DNA of 64,000 nt from Raillietiella orientalis. Taxonomy: Eukaryota. Position 1 is the stretch's first letter. Every line of letters starts with the position of its first letter. The translations under genes and the position numbers were made by a program. The notes beneath the pieces were generated by a model that saw only the letters and a list, made by a program, of their open reading frames with translations, was not told the DNA's origin and did not search any database. The stretch is from NCBI GenBank assembly GCA_036172245.1, contig JAYWIR010000058.1:372001-436000 (forward strand), in the 5' to 3' direction. Below are positions 27,901 to 41,899 of the stretch, piece after piece.

Positions 27901-30900
27901 GCTCTCGGAGTTTTCGTGCGCTGGGGTGACGGCTAGTGCGAAGCTACGAAATCCCACTGCGGATCCATAGAGCACACTATCTATGCCTCTGCATGAACTG
28001 CTGCGACTTCATGAAAACGAGCGCAAACAGAACACATAATCTTTAGCAGGTGCCTACCTCATTACGCAGAACGAAAAATACTATTAACGACAAGGGATTA
28101 TCCTCTCTCCCTAAGAATGGGCTAGGATTCAGATGGAACGTACACACATACAAAAAAAAAATTCAGGAAAAAACAGGTGCAGACTTTGTTAATGTATTCT
28201 CGCACATGAATAGGTTGTGACTGGTGTCTGTCTCTAAGGAACAAAGGCCATACTAAAGGTCGATTTCATGCTCCCTTTAACATTTAACAAAAATTATTAT
28301 TTTGCATGCAACCTTTATTCTATGTTAGTCATAATACACGAATATTTATTAATAATGCACATTATTAGTGTTACACAATAATGCCAGTACATATTATTTC
28401 TTTGTATGATTAAACCACTATTGCAAAACTGTTAACAATACAGGATGTTTTAAACATGCAGAATCGTAAGGAGAACCATCGTACAAATTTTAATTATACA
28501 TCGACAAATTTGAAAAAAGTCGCTCTGTATCTGAAAATCAAAACTATAGAATTGCAGCTGCTTCCCTAAAAATGTGCAAGCTGAAAATCGCTGCATGCAA
28601 CCTGTTCGTCATCTCAACAACCCAAGAGTCATTCGCGGAAAGCCGAACAAGTTTACGGTAACTCTTCAGTTCACACAAGTGAGCTGCCGCACGCAAGGAC
28701 ACACTACTTGAATGCAGTGGAAAACGCTTTTACTTGTTGATGTGCTCGACGGAACAAACGACTTGGAGCACTTCGCGGGAGATCACAAGCGAAAACGCAA
28801 ACCAGTTTCAACTCCAGAATTAGTTGAAACGCATGGAAGATTACTTCTGTAGAGGAAAAAAAAAAGGAAAAAAAGTGTGCTCAGCTTGACATAGTATCAT
28901 TTTCTGGATGGCACTCTAGAATAAACATGAAATTTAAGATACACTCTGCTAGGATTACAGAAATCCCTTGAAGTATCTCAGATCTTTTTTTTCATTTTCA
29001 TTCATTTTACAAAGAAACGCAAGTAAGCGAACCAAATTGGAAATGTTCTTCGAACTTATGGTGTCATTTCTCCATATTGAAAAATTTATGATCACAATAT
29101 CGAATCACTGTTCATAGTCTCCTTCCACGAAGCCAATTTGTTTCGTGTATTGCTGAACCCTATATGAAACAGTGCACTTCAAACAAATGCAAAGCAGAAG
29201 GCTACATTCAATGATGACGTGATATGGCACACGTCTCTGTAATGAAACATGACACGTTTCTATGACGCGACGAGTAAAGCAAATCGTTTCATTTTGAGGA
29301 ATGCTTGTCTTACAATGTGTGAAACGCTGGATACATTTTTCCAAGTATGAGATTTTCCGTGAGATAGGTGGGTAATTATAAATAGCCGCGAAGGTCTCGT
29401 GTTTGATTTTTTTTCTGGATTCTCGGAGAGCCTTGTAGGCAGTTAATCCGCTAATTGATTCAGAGTTAGCTATAAGAGCAAAGAGATGATCCTGATGCAC
29501 AAAGAAATCTGTCCTCACGTAAGAGAAATAAAACAACGAGAGGGATTGCTTAGCACTTGGGCTCGTGCAAAACTTTGTAATACTGACTTTGAACCTTACA
29601 AACCGTCGCTACGAAACACAGACGCTTAAAGATTGCGCTGTTTTCCGTTTTCGATTAACCGGCTTCGGTGAAATCTTGGACATTGTTGAACTTCCGTTTT
29701 TCAATCTCAAATTTAAATTGTTTTTACGATTGCTATCCGTGTCGGCCGGAAGGTTGGCATTTCCGTTGCTTCTCTACCCGCGTACTCCACTTCAGAGAAT
29801 GAGATGCGGTGCATTTTAGCATCTTTGGAAAAAAACTGCCTGCACCTGGAGCACTGGCAGGTGATTCTTGGGGAGCTCACGGTTCCGTGCCGGAAACGGC
29901 TCTGCACTGAGCATCTTCACGTCTCTGCGCATTCATGTAGGCTTGATTCTAATATATATGCAATAACCGATCTTCACGGAATTATTGTTCGTTCCCTGCA
30001 GGTCTAATTTCAAGGATGATGCTTGCTTTGGAAGCGGCTTTCACTCGGGACGGGATGGTCGTGTCCCATGAACAAGTCAGCCATCGCTCGTGGCCGTTGG
30101 TACGTGACGCTAGCGCGTCGCAAACAATGGCTGCGCGAGAAGAGCTCGAGCACGCGCTGCTGTGTGAAGACTAGAGTCTGCACTTACAGATTCTTTGCTT
30201 AGACGATGAGACTCGAGACCCACGACTGGAAGAGCTACCCTGGTCTCAGGAGCATCCTCATCCGTGCTCCAAGGAGACATGCGATTGTGGCTAAGACAGT
30301 GGCCAACCTCGCTCGCCATCCTGGCAGCTCAGGAACGCAACTCCTCTTAACGATGGAGGCAGCGGGGGGACCTCAGCACGCTGACCGAAACGCCACGGCT
30401 GCAGGAAGGTGAGCAATAGCGGTGGCAATGGGTAGCCGCCGCATCGGCAACAATCCTCAATGCCGTGACGACAGCGCACCTAGCTTCCTCGACGCGCAGA
30501 AGAGATTCGGGCAATCTTCACTCCAGAGGAAGGGCTTTTCTTTGCAGCGCTGGGATGCCAGCATCCTCCTGCAAGTGTCCAGGAGCTCTGCTCTCCACAT
30601 CCCCGGTAATGGCGATCGATGAGCAGCCGCTCATCACCGCGGTTCTGCCTGGGAACGGTGAACGGGGAGGGGAAAGAGTGGGTGGGAAAGGTAAGGCTGC
30701 CACAGTGACGAGGAGGAAGGAGAAGGGGTGTACTTCACTGTCGTTTCCCTGGGGATCCGAGGAATCCCGAGCCGATTCCACGGATTCGAGTCCACATGGG
30801 CTTGAACTTGGCGCTGAAAGGGGAACGTGTCGGGTTGACTGAGGGTCTGGTGAGAGGAGGAAGGAAGGAAAAAAGGATTCTAGACAGACTAGGAAGTTGC

Positions 30901-33900
30901 GAGGATCCCTTTCTCCGGCATCGTGTCCTCCACCCTTCTCCCGCTCCCTGAAGCCTCCAGAGGATGCTTCCGAGAAAGGGAACGATTGGGGACCACAAAG
31001 GGAATTCCCACTCCGTCTCCCGTCTCATCGTTCAGATGTCCCCTCTGGTTCTCTGGGAGACGTCGGAAAATGGGGGTGAAGACTCCTGCCTTTCCTTCCC
31101 TTCTCCAGACCTGCTTCCCGGAGGCTCTGGAACGCGGCTACAAAGGCCTCGGGAGGTCGTCAGGCTGATCTCGGAGCTGGACTGGGAAGTCCCAAACGAC
31201 AAGACGTTCAGCCCTCTTCCGGAATGAGCAAAATAGCTTCCCAGCAGGGGAGAGGAGGGGGAGGGAGCAGCGCTCTGTCTTCATCGCCACTTCCTCTTTC
31301 GAGACGCGAGCTGCTTCCTGGAACGGGGAAGGTAGGGTTAATTAGGAAGGAGGAATTGGAGCGGCGTGTGTCGGACCCATGTGCGCCCAGAATCTGCTGG
31401 TCGGTGGGACTTCCGTCCCCCCTTTGCACTACAAAGTTCGACGCGCGAAAGCGGCAGGCGGCTTCTTCCAGGGTCCAGCAGAGGGTCAGGAAGCAGCGTT
31501 TAACCCATCCATCCCCTTCTTTCTTGAAAGAGGCAAAGGGGAGACCTGGGAGAGAGGGAGTTGGGTCAAAGGTAGTACAGGAGTACAGACGCAATGCGGA
31601 CAGTCCAAGAAGACTCCGGGAAGCTGCGAATATCCAGTTCAAGGAGAACGCTTCTTCGTTTCCTCTTTCCTGCAGCACATTCAGAGCTGCTGCTTCCGTC
31701 GGGAGCATCCGGCAGCAGCTTCAGGAAGCATGGCCAGCATCCCACTTTTCCTGGCCCCTTTGCAAAAGATACCCCCCAAGCAGGCAGGAGGAGATTGCAG
31801 AGGATCAGAGCACTGACCCCTCCATCCGGAGGGGATTCAGATAGGAAAGCCTCGCCTCAAATGCACTCCTCCCGCTGATGGGGAACGCGGACGACGCCGA
31901 CCGGCGCTTGAGGCGCAACGGCAGAGGGCGACGGTTAGCGGTGCGGGCCTACTGGGAGAAGCGGAGACCTGAAGCGACCCGGCGGAGTCTCCTGGCTATC
32001 CGGAATGCTGTATATCGTCCTTCTCTGCCACGGGCCACGAGTCCTCGACGTCAATGCGGCGTTGTTCTCCTCCACTGGAAATTTGCAGCGGTTGCGGCCC
32101 TGACCTCAAGAGATAAGACCTCAAGACGCAAGCACTGCATGTAGGGAAGAAGAATGGAACCATCGGGGAATCTGTTTAACGGGCCATTCTTTGTTCCTTG
32201 TTGCTTTTTGACGAGAGCAAGAAAAAGTCTCCAGTTGGCTTCGGAATCGCTAAAGAGCAAAAGAACACATCTTGGCAGAGAGACTCCCAAATTTTTTCAT
32301 CAGGAGGAGTGTTTCCCAGTCTATGGCCCCCCAAAAGGTTTCTTTCCTCGCGAGTTCGCACTACGAACGTATAACATCCCAGGAGGCTTTAATCCTGATT
32401 TACGGCGGCTTCAAGAGTCATCCAGCTCTCGTTTCCACTGCAGCCTCCTTCCTCTAAATCCCCTGAGATGGTTTGGAACTGGTGCTCGGGCCGATGTCCT
32501 CAGCGTCCTCGGGTGCTGGAGCATCTTCAACACCACCAAAGAGGAAAAGGGCGTTCAGGAAATGCTCCCACGGCAGCGTGGATTCCAAGACCGATCGCCC
32601 AGCCTCCGAGGGGGACGCCTGGCCTGCCCCCTCCCACGGAACAACCACTTACCAAACTCGCCTTCTAGTCAGCGGCCCGAACTTGCAAGAAGCGGCACCT
32701 TCCGCTTCTTCCAAAACTTTTCCCATCCGACCGCGGGTCCCAAAGATCTTCAGCGATGACTTCAGCTGCGACTCCGGAAAGGCATTCTGCCCCATCGATG
32801 CCGCTAAAAGAATGCCCCCAGATTTCCCTGCCCCCCCCCCCCCCCCAGATTTCCCTAAATCTTTCATCTTTTTTTTTTTTTTTTACTAAATGGAATCCAT
32901 AATGTCATAAACAAATCGCTGTCTACCTGCGTCTCTGCATTGATAGACCGGCGGCGAAGACGAGAGCTCCTTTTCACGGCTTCGAAGCCCCTCTTTTCAG
33001 ACTTTCGGCGGCCCATCCACACCCTTGCCCCACGCTAGTCGCTGCGAGACTCCTTCCGTTGGTACCTGACCGCATCAGTGATTTCGGAAGAATGCACCTG
33101 TGGGTCTCTGTGTGTCTGATGAGTCTTGCGTCCTCAGCGTTGAGCGTGCCGGATGCAAGCATCCCTTCGCGTTGGACACAGCACTCGGTATCAGCACGCT
33201 CTCTGGAATCCCTTGCCTCCCTCCGCGCTGTCCCTGGAGTTTCGCTACGTTCCGATCATTCCGGCGTTCCTCTACAGCATGAAATCGGGAAGACCAGCAC
33301 CAGGCGATTTGTTTCGCCTGCTCCGTTAGAGATGCTCGTACGTACTCGGGAAAACCGGTGTATGCTTTCAGCATCTTTCCCCTCTTGGAGAACTCCCTCA
33401 GCTTTCGCATGCCTAAGCAACTGTTTCCTTGGGCTGTCTGTTCTTCAAGAGCTAACGTGCCCGTTCACGTCAAAGCGCTTGCAGTGCGGCAGCGCCTGAA
33501 ACACGTGGTTCGGTATTGCACACGCGCGCGCACCGCTGCCTCCTTCACTCGACGCTAATCGTCCAACCACTGGGGAAGTGTTTGCTATTCGGGAATGTCT
33601 TTCGGCTATTCCTCGCAGTAAAAATGGCAAAGTGAAAAACATCTTAATGCTCGAACCCGAAAGTATTCAATGGGAAACGACGGAAAGTAATGTTCATTCT
33701 ACTTACGCGCAACTGATGGGGCACAGCGATGGGTCGTGGATGTCCTGCACCACGAGCGAATCTGTCCGAAGTAACCGCCACGGTGCTTCGCTTTGTGAGT
33801 AAGAAACGTCGCGTAACTAACCGAAGCATGCGTTTAATTGCTAGGAGTTGATTAGGAGTCTCATCGGCTGTCTCTTTAAAGACACCGAGTCAATGCAACG

Positions 33901-35549
33901 AACTGAGATGCAGCACGTGCATACAAAAATGTGAGTGCACACTTGTACGAAAATAATGCTTGTACGAAAAACGGGGGTCCTATGCTTGCACTTGGAAGGG
34001 TGGACTCCATGGAGTGGACTCATGGTTTGAGCATAGTGGTATGCTTAAAAAAAAAACAAACTTGTGCACCATGCACATGAGGTTGCCGTTTGCCTATGCA
34101 CATACACAATCTGCAAGCGCGTATAGATATCGGTACCTTAGCGATGTACCTTCCTGACAAAGTAGCTAAGGAAGTCCTCATGCGTACATTGTTGAATACG
34201 CAAATGTCTACGGACCATCCACGCAAACGCATTGTACATTATATATGGTATGCATGCACGTGCATATCATGCGCAAAGGGCAACTGCCTCAAGTGTTTCT
34301 AGAATCAAGTGAAGACAGCAAAAATTCCCGGTGACAAAAACACGCCACCATTTGCATGAGTTGTACGCTCCTACAGTCGTTGCCCAAGTAATCACACGTC
34401 ATCCATGGTTAGAGTGGTCTTTTACTTATAGTTAACTTCAAGCACGATACTCCCGAGAGTGCGGTCATCTCATAGGTAGTTAACTGGACTAATACGTATA
34501 TTTTGAAATATACAGTAGTATCCTTCGTATTGAGAATAGTAGACTGTGGTGCAATGCAAAGTAGACTTTGCATCGGCCAATATGTGGTTTACATGATGAA
34601 TAGATAGTGCACTATATTTGGGGTAGTAAATCCTCTGCCTGCTTCATAACCATGGTTGAACGATGGTGATGACATCCTTATGGAAATGCCGTGCGCTCTG
34701 TGTGCACGTGTGCCTGGCCGCTTGGACGTAAAATACATGGTCATTGGCATTAATGACGGAAAGAAAGACACTTGAATTAAATTGGGATCGGGAGAACCGC
34801 AGTTTTCTTCAACGAGTGGGCAAATCGCTGATTACGGGAGCCGATGAAGTGCGCGTTTGCATTGAATGGTAAATTTTATTGGAGCAGTTGGACGGAGGAC
34901 ATCGGGTCTTCTGGCGAAGGAGACGGCGCGTAATGAGTTCTACCCGATGCCCTCCTCAAGCGATGCATCGGATTACTGCATTTTAACTTGTATTTACGGA
35001 AACATCTGTAAACGTGCACTCAGATGCAGGGATTCGACAAAGATTTTGGGAAAGCAACGGATTGGGGGGGGGGGGGACATTGATCATCGTTGTCTCTTCG
35101 GGACTCCTTTTATTGTTGCGTCCAAGTGCGCTCGCTCGTTACGACCTCATTTTTTCTAGTTGGATGCTCCCGAGACGGCAGCAGCACAAGGATACCCTCG
35201 TAATTTGGGGCCTTCGGTATGACAGCCTCGGACGCAAAGGGTGATCCCTCTCATCCGCGGCTGCGACTCATGCCTTTGCCATCCCCTTCCGGCAAAAGTA
35301 TTCGTGTGAGGCTACGGGCTAGAGTTCGGGGATTCTGGGAGGCTTAGGGGGAAGGAATGCACGGACTGCACGAGAGCGGTGGGGACTCCGGAGGTGCAAA
35401 AGGTGAGGATTGGTTGTTGGCGGGTGGTGGTCCTTTCGGCTCGCCTCCTTTGCGTTTGTCCAGCCTCCTTACAACGAAGGAAAGAAGAGGGGGCACGAGT
35501 ACGTCCAGCCACTGACTTGGAGTCCTCTGTTCCTCCTTGCCAAGCCCTG

Positions 35550-36300
35550 CAGCCACGCCTTCCCCCTTTTTCCAGTCGGAAACACCTGCCAAGGTCGCTG
35601 CTACTTGGAGATCTCTCTATCTATCTTCTCCTGAGCCTCAGGTGACCTCCCTCGCAAAGAAAGGGGAAGGAGCGAGGAGGGAGGTGGAGAATGGGAGAGG
35701 AAAGCATCTCTTGCGCAGGTCAATGGCCCTCGAGTCCATGTTGGCCGCAAAAGCCACCTAAGGGTGTGAAGAGCAGCTTATAAGGACGTCGAAGTTGGGC
35801 CGTTCGCCTCTCCGGCAGCGGCCCAAAGAGCGGGGTACTTGCGAGAGCGTCGGAGGCGGGGAGCGGAAGAGATGCGGTAGGTCTTTCTGCGTACGTGGCT
35901 TCGAGGTCGTGTCCCTTGACAGCGGAGAGAGGCAAGTTGGATGGTGCAAGAGCAACTAGGAGTGGTGAGGGAGAGGAGCAGGGAATTAGAAGTCATTCTC
36001 AAGCTTGCTTCTCGGAGGGGATGTCCCTGGGAAAGAACGCCACCATTCTGACCTTCTCCGCCTTTATTGCATCTCCATAGGAGGGATGGACCCGTTCCAG
36101 GGGGAAGACCGTCTCCCATCCATACCGCCTCATGCATTCCCAAAACGCTCTTCGCCTCCCTGGAAACCAGACATCCCTGGGGGTCAGTGGACCTCTCGAG
36201 ACGCTCGAAGGCTCGCCTTCGTGCCTCCTCCGAGAACCTGCGGCTACCTTTCCCCTCCTCCCGGCTGCGCTTTTCCCGTTTCCTTGCTCGCAAGGGGGTA
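35550..36300 (-). mobile_element. Decayed LINE reverse transcriptase (RTE-like)
   Basis: AFERLERSTD (AF.DLEKAYD), RRAFWECMRRYG...HPSYGDA..AEKV (RE.LW..MR.YG...MYE....VRV, about 36155-36050), CSSPSPLLVAL (C.LSPLLF), LEATYAE (LLYAD), LGGFCGQHGLE (L..FC...GL.IN). All collinear across frameshifts. Confidence 0.5.
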
Positions 36301-36641
36301 GGGTATCTTCCGGCGGCGACACACGCCAAGCATGCGTTTTTCAGAGACTGCAATCACCGAGAGCAGGGGGGAAGCCCTCCCGAGTTCCAGGAGGCCCTTC
36401 CGTGGAGAAATCGAAAAGATGACTGGAAAGGGAGAGCGGGAAGATGAGATCTCCGGAACTCATGCACTTCTGCGGGGAGCGGGGAGCGAAAGGATTCGGA
36501 GAACCCAATGGCATACTGTCTTTCCCTAAAGCACATGGAGACGCCGGCAGTCAAACCAACGGATCCTGACGTCCTCCTTCGGGAGAGCTCCATCCTGCCT
36601 TCTCTTCTTTCTCCTCCACCCTCCTCCCTTCCCGCCCGTAG

Positions 36642-38268
36642 CCTATTGAAGATGGAAAGGAAAGGGAAAGAGGGAGGTTGCCCTCCAGGGGTAGTCTGAT
36701 CCCAGCGTTCGTTCCTTCAACCGCCATTTCCACTGACGACCTCGCGGGAACGAATCGCAAGCGTCCTTGCAAGCAGAGGGAGCTGTCTCTCGTAGTTCCC
36801 GGAACGCTCTGGAGGCAGATCATGTCTTCCGGACTCCTTTGTGCGGGTAGGCAGGGAGTGGAGACGTCATTCCCAGAGCAGATAGAGGGGATTCAACGAA
36901 GGAGGAGGTCGGAACGGCCTCCATACAAGTCTCAAAGAAAGGGTCCTTCCAGGCGGCGATCGACAACGATGCCTCTAGAGTGAGAGGGGTGTGAAGCAAG
37001 AGAAACACATGCACAAGGGAGCGTGGTAGCCCCGTTGCAGTGGTTTCGCTCGCACCTCGTGGCGATCGTCTGAGAGGTGAGAACACGAGCTCGTTCTCGT
37101 CGCCGGGGTGAGGTGGCTGCGGTGTGTCTATAAATAGAACTGTTGCCATCGTCGGCGCGCGGCGTTGTTTCCATTGGCCGGACTGCTATCGGCTGTCTCC
37201 ACGGTGCCGTCTTTGTTAGACTGCGAGCCGCTTCCGCAGTCATCACCTTCCACGGTGTCGTTTCCGGCGCAAGGGAGGAATGTCCAGGGTTCCCGGAGAG
37301 GGACCCTAAACCTGTCGCGGGTCCAGACGGACGGACGGGTCTCTCCGCGACGTCGTTCGAACATTAGTCCCCGTCACTCCCTCCCGTGGCCCCGTTCGCT
37401 TCAAGAGACTCCCAAAGCTGCTGTACCGAACGGGCGCGCGAATCCGGGAACGGACAGCAACCTGAGGGGAAGAGGCTCCCCTGTCCTTCCCCCACTCCCA
37501 CGAAGGGTAGGCGAGCGGGGAAAGAGGAGGGAAGGCGAATCACTTAGTGTCCACCCTCACACGACACCAGAGAAACCAATCCCGCTCACAGAAAGTCTCC
37601 CCGGGACACGATCCGAATGCTGCGTGCACTGACAGACCTCCGCATGCAGCAGTCGCATCTCGGCCAGCAGCATTGTTGGAATTCGAGTGCGCCATCCCCT
37701 CTCTACCTTCCTTTCCTCTTCTTGAAAAGATTGTCTTTCTACCCCAAATGGCGAAGGTGCCACGAATCCACCCTTCTTTTTCTCCCTCTCTTTCCAGCTC
37801 GTTATTCGCCACGTGTCCGCCCGAAACGCCTGTCGCGTGGGTGAAGACGCAGCCAGTAAGAGAACTGGAAAGCGCTCTGTCCACGCTGCGGTCTCGTTCG
37901 CTCACCCGAGTTCGCAGAGCAGCCGGCGAGGGGCATCACGCCCGCTGCATGCCGCCGCCGCTGCGTTTGCAGGTTGTGCGCGTGCCGCGTGCGCTCAGCG
38001 GGTTTGTTTTCATTCGAGTCTGCCTGCCCCAAAAAGAGAGGAGGGAAGTTTTTTTTTTTTTTGTGGTCTTTTTTCAATTTTCTGTCCCATGTAACGAAAG
38101 AAGGGTACCGCCCCCACCTGCGCGAACGCAGACGCGTGCGTGATTCCTGGCGGGGTATCCCGTGGAGTCTTTGACTTTCCTATTGAAAATGGAGAGGTAA
38201 GGGAAACAGGGAGGTTGTCCTCCAGGGGCAGGCTGATCCCAGCGTTCGTTCCTTCAGTCGCCACTCCT
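36642..38268 (+). repeat. Direct repeat A, about 90 bp, two copies (36642-36731 and 38179-38268)
   Basis: CCTATTGAA.ATGGA.AGG.AAGGGAAA.AGGGAGGTTG.CCTCCAGGGG.AG.CTGATCCCAGCGTTCGTTCCTTCA occurs twice and is more diverged than repeat B. Confidence 0.9.
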
Positions 38269-39334
38269 GGCGCGACCGTTGGGCCCGCCACCTCACTCTG
38301 ATCATTCTTAGCTCCTCGGCCAAGAAGAAAGGGGGGATCCCATGGGGCCACGCCAACATGGGGAAAATGTCGGATCTCTCGGAGTGCGCGCTTTCCTCCA
38401 AGTAGAACCTCCTCCTCCTGCCTCTCCTTCCTTCTTGCTATCCGATGGGTTCGTTGGCCCGACACCCTTTGATGACGAATCTGCTCAAGATAGCCAGCGA
38501 GATGCCCATATTTGGCTCGGAATGCCTTCCGTTTTTTTCATTTTTTTTTTTTTGTTATTGCTGCACCGCTCTTGTCCGTTGACCCTCGAACGGACTGGAG
38601 ACGGCGTTCGTTGTGGGAATCACTCGTTCTGCCGCGTCGTGCGAGAGGCCAGGGCAGGAGCCTGCACGCTCGCTCGTCCTCTCCAGGATACATTCAGTTT
38701 GAGATGCCCCACAAGATCAAGGATGGAAGCCACTCGTCCTCGGCGGTGCCATTCTCGGCCTATTCCGAGCCCCCCAGCGTCTGCCCGAAGCTCTACTTCA
38801 CCAGGGCCGCCATCGTCGAGAAGTACGGGGTTCACCTGATGGACTTTTCATGTGGAGCTGTTCCGTCAACACGAAGCTGGGACAGGTCCTCCAGGAACAT
38901 GCCCGAACCGGTGCCAGGTAAAGTCAGTTTCAATATTCTCTTTTCTGCCCACCCCACGGTCTCGAGAAGGAGTCGCTCGTGATGCCTTGTCACTCTTTTC
39001 TGAGTCGAATGCGCCGTGCGACGGAATGGGCTGAAGCGCTGCCAGCTTTCCCTGCCGGCTTGGGAAGGCAAAGGGACACGGTGTCCGGCCGTTCACTCAC
39101 AAAAGCACGTGGCAGAATGGCCGCACCGTTGCCCTGGTTTCGCTCGCACCTCGTGGCGAACGTCTGAGAGGTGCGAACACGAGCGCGTTCTCGTCGCCGG
39201 GGTGAGGTGGCTGCGGTGTGTCTATTAATAGAACTGTTGCCATCGTCGGCGCGCGGCGTTGTTTCCATTGGCCGGACTGCTATCGGCTGTCTCCACGGTG
39301 CCGTCTTTGTTAGACTGTGAACCGCTTCCGCAGT
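37032..39334 (+). repeat. Direct repeat B, about 200 bp, two copies (37041-37240 and 39135-39334)
   Basis: TGGTTTCGCTCGCACCTCGTGGCG...CCGCTTCCGCAGT occurs twice at a constant offset of 2094 with only a handful of substitutions. Confidence 0.95.
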
Positions 39335-41899
39335 AGAGACGTAGTCACCACCTGCTGCGGCGTCGTTCTTGGAGCTTCTACCGTGCACTTTCGATTCGCG
39401 AGGCTGAGGTTGCCTTGGTACCGTCTCCATCAGCTGGTGCCGTTGCTGGCTTGACAAAAAAAAGTGAGGTGATGCATTCACCCCTTACAGGGAGCGGGAG
39501 ACCCGGAGGCATGTTTCTCATCCCACGTGAGCGCAACTCGAAATCGCGTCCTCCTCCGACTCAGCTTCCCTTGCGGGCATCCCATTTCTTTGATGTGCTC
39601 TCTGGAACACGCTTTCTGAAAAGAGCCAGGAAAGAGCTCCGAAAGGTGCGAAGACAAGGGATATTCCTTGTTCTGCCCTTGGCCATCGATGTCTACTGGG
39701 ATCCGTCACTGGAGCCGACTTTGAGGGGCCGGCCCGCCCCCCGTACATAACGAGAAGACTGAGTGGGAAAACGGCTTCCTTCTGTTGTCCCTTGTCTTTC
39801 CTCGGAGGAAACACTCCTTTGAACGCTACTGGCGCCAAAATCGAGGGTTCCCATCCAACAGACAAAGGGATCGGTCCCTCTTGGAGACCCCTCGTCCAAG
39901 ACCCTGATCTTGGGAGAGGTTGATTCTCCTCTCCTTCTTGGATAGGTCCCAGGAGAGATGAGAAGGGAAAGTGGTCTGGGAGAGGCGGGGGAGTGAGTGG
40001 TGGTGAGGGAAAATGGCAGACGAGGAGGGACCGTCGTGTAATTCGTGGATTTTGCAGGTCCGCGCATGGTGGCGGTGGCGCCATCCTTCTCCGAGAGCTC
40101 CACGCAGACGGAGGACGAGCTCCAGTAGATCCCTCGAGAGACCTCACTTGCAACCCGGGAGAACGGGATCTCGTGGGTCCTGGAAACGCAACGGAGTTCG
40201 CACCGGTTCCGCTTCTCTGTACTCTTTCCCTACGGCTGGCCCGTCTGCTCGGAAGCCGCCACTGCACCGTCTCTCTTTCGAGGAGAGACTCCGGCAACGT
40301 TCCTGGGGGAACGTTCCGCCAACTGTGGCTGTCTCCCATTCCTTCCCCGACGGGACAGCGGGGCGAGAGGCCCACGGTGTCACAAGAATAAAGGAAGGTC
40401 CCGTCGCACGCCGTAGCATCTCATGCCAGGCATTCTCCATTCATTTCCCCTTTTCGGCCGTTGTCACCGGCGACTCTTCCTCTCCCCGTTCCAGACCGAG
40501 GGGAAACAGCACTCCGCCCGCTCCTTCCCTCACGCCGAGACTCCGACGCTGTCCTGCACCATCAGGGGGTGCACCTTTCGACCGAACGGGTACTCGGAAG
40601 CTCTGCTGCTGCTCCCGATGGAGTCTCTCCTCCCGAAGGAGCGGACTCTTCCGAGGGACGCTGCTTTGTCGACGCGCCGACCGAATCGGGAACGACTCTC
40701 CGGGAACGTGGCTCCTCCCCAACTTCCCTCGTTCCATCGTCCAGCCAGAAGTCTCCCTCAACCTCATTGCCAGGACTCTCTTTGCCTGACCCTTCCCTGC
40801 CCTCTTCACCCTGCCTGCCGCCGGTCGGAAGCCACCAGCCCCTCTAGAGATGCTCCCCCCTCCTCTCTCCAGACCACACCTCCGTGCTTTCTCCACTTCT
40901 CGTTTCCTCCCACCCTACAGATGGCTTTCCTCCTGGAAACGGGGGAGGGAAAGCTAATGAGACGTTCCGGATGGTGATGGGGAGAAGTCGGAGGAGGACA
41001 AAAAAGTGGAGAAGGGAAGCTCCTCATCCCCGGTTAGGAAGGAGTGAGGACCTTGGAGAGACGGCGCCTCGCCTCTCCGTTCTGTTTTCGGAGAACGGGC
41101 ATGGGGGCTTCGTCCACTACTGCCTGCTCGTGACCAATAGGCTCACTCTTCTGAGAGAGGGAGGCGGGGGCTCTTCCCATCTCCATCCCCCTCTCTCGCG
41201 CTTCGCTCCTGCTTTATCCCCGCGGCGCCTTTGATCGGTGGCCTCGAAGGCCTTCCAGGGAGACGGAGGAGGCGATGCTCTCCTCCCTGAAGGCAGGAAA
41301 ACATCGTCACCTCCAGCGGTGCTCCTGCTGGGTCCTTCCACCCTGCTCCTCCCCCCCCTTTATTTTTCTTCTCGGGGACACCTAGGTTGCCGGGATCGAG
41401 GAGAATCCCGAAAGGGCATGTAAGGGGGGCCGAGCTAATTCTCCTCGGAAGGGAAGGACCCTCCTCTCTTAGAACACGTTATTTCTATGGAAACGCCTGG
41501 AACGCTTTCCCCCGGTTCTTTGGTGGACAGCGACGGGTCCCTCGAGCCGTGGGCGGAAGGATGAGGGGAAAGGTGCTACAGAAAGGAGGACCCTCGTCCA
41601 GGGAGGCGTCCAGCATCCGGAAAGAGGGTGTTGCGCGCTTCTAGAAATCCCTGAGGACTCCGGGAGGAAAGAAAGAAGCACGAGGAAGGGGAGCCAGACT
41701 GCTCCCTCTCGCTGGCGGGACTCACTCTCCCAGTCTATTTGGTGCGTCTTCGGGACCCGCGGGATCGGTCGCTTCTCCCTTCCTCGACTCCAAAGGAGAA
41801 ACAGGTCAGGAGCTGGGGAGCCGCTCCGTGGGAGGATCAGCGATGCAGATACCGCTGCCTCTGACGACATCTCCAGCTGTATTTACGGCGGCCGTCGGC

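Noticed and set aside
29105..29536. 143-aa ORF in an AT-rich block with possible splice signals
   Set aside because: No recognisable domain, and the adjacent candidate exons contain stops, so no product can be assigned.
30850..32700. Possible further LINE ORF2 fossil on plus (RLISELDWE, NADSPRRLREAAN, LVLGPM)
   Set aside because: The motifs are weak and no KAFD/YADD core could be placed collinearly. Worth including in a frameshift-aware search but not supportable by eye.
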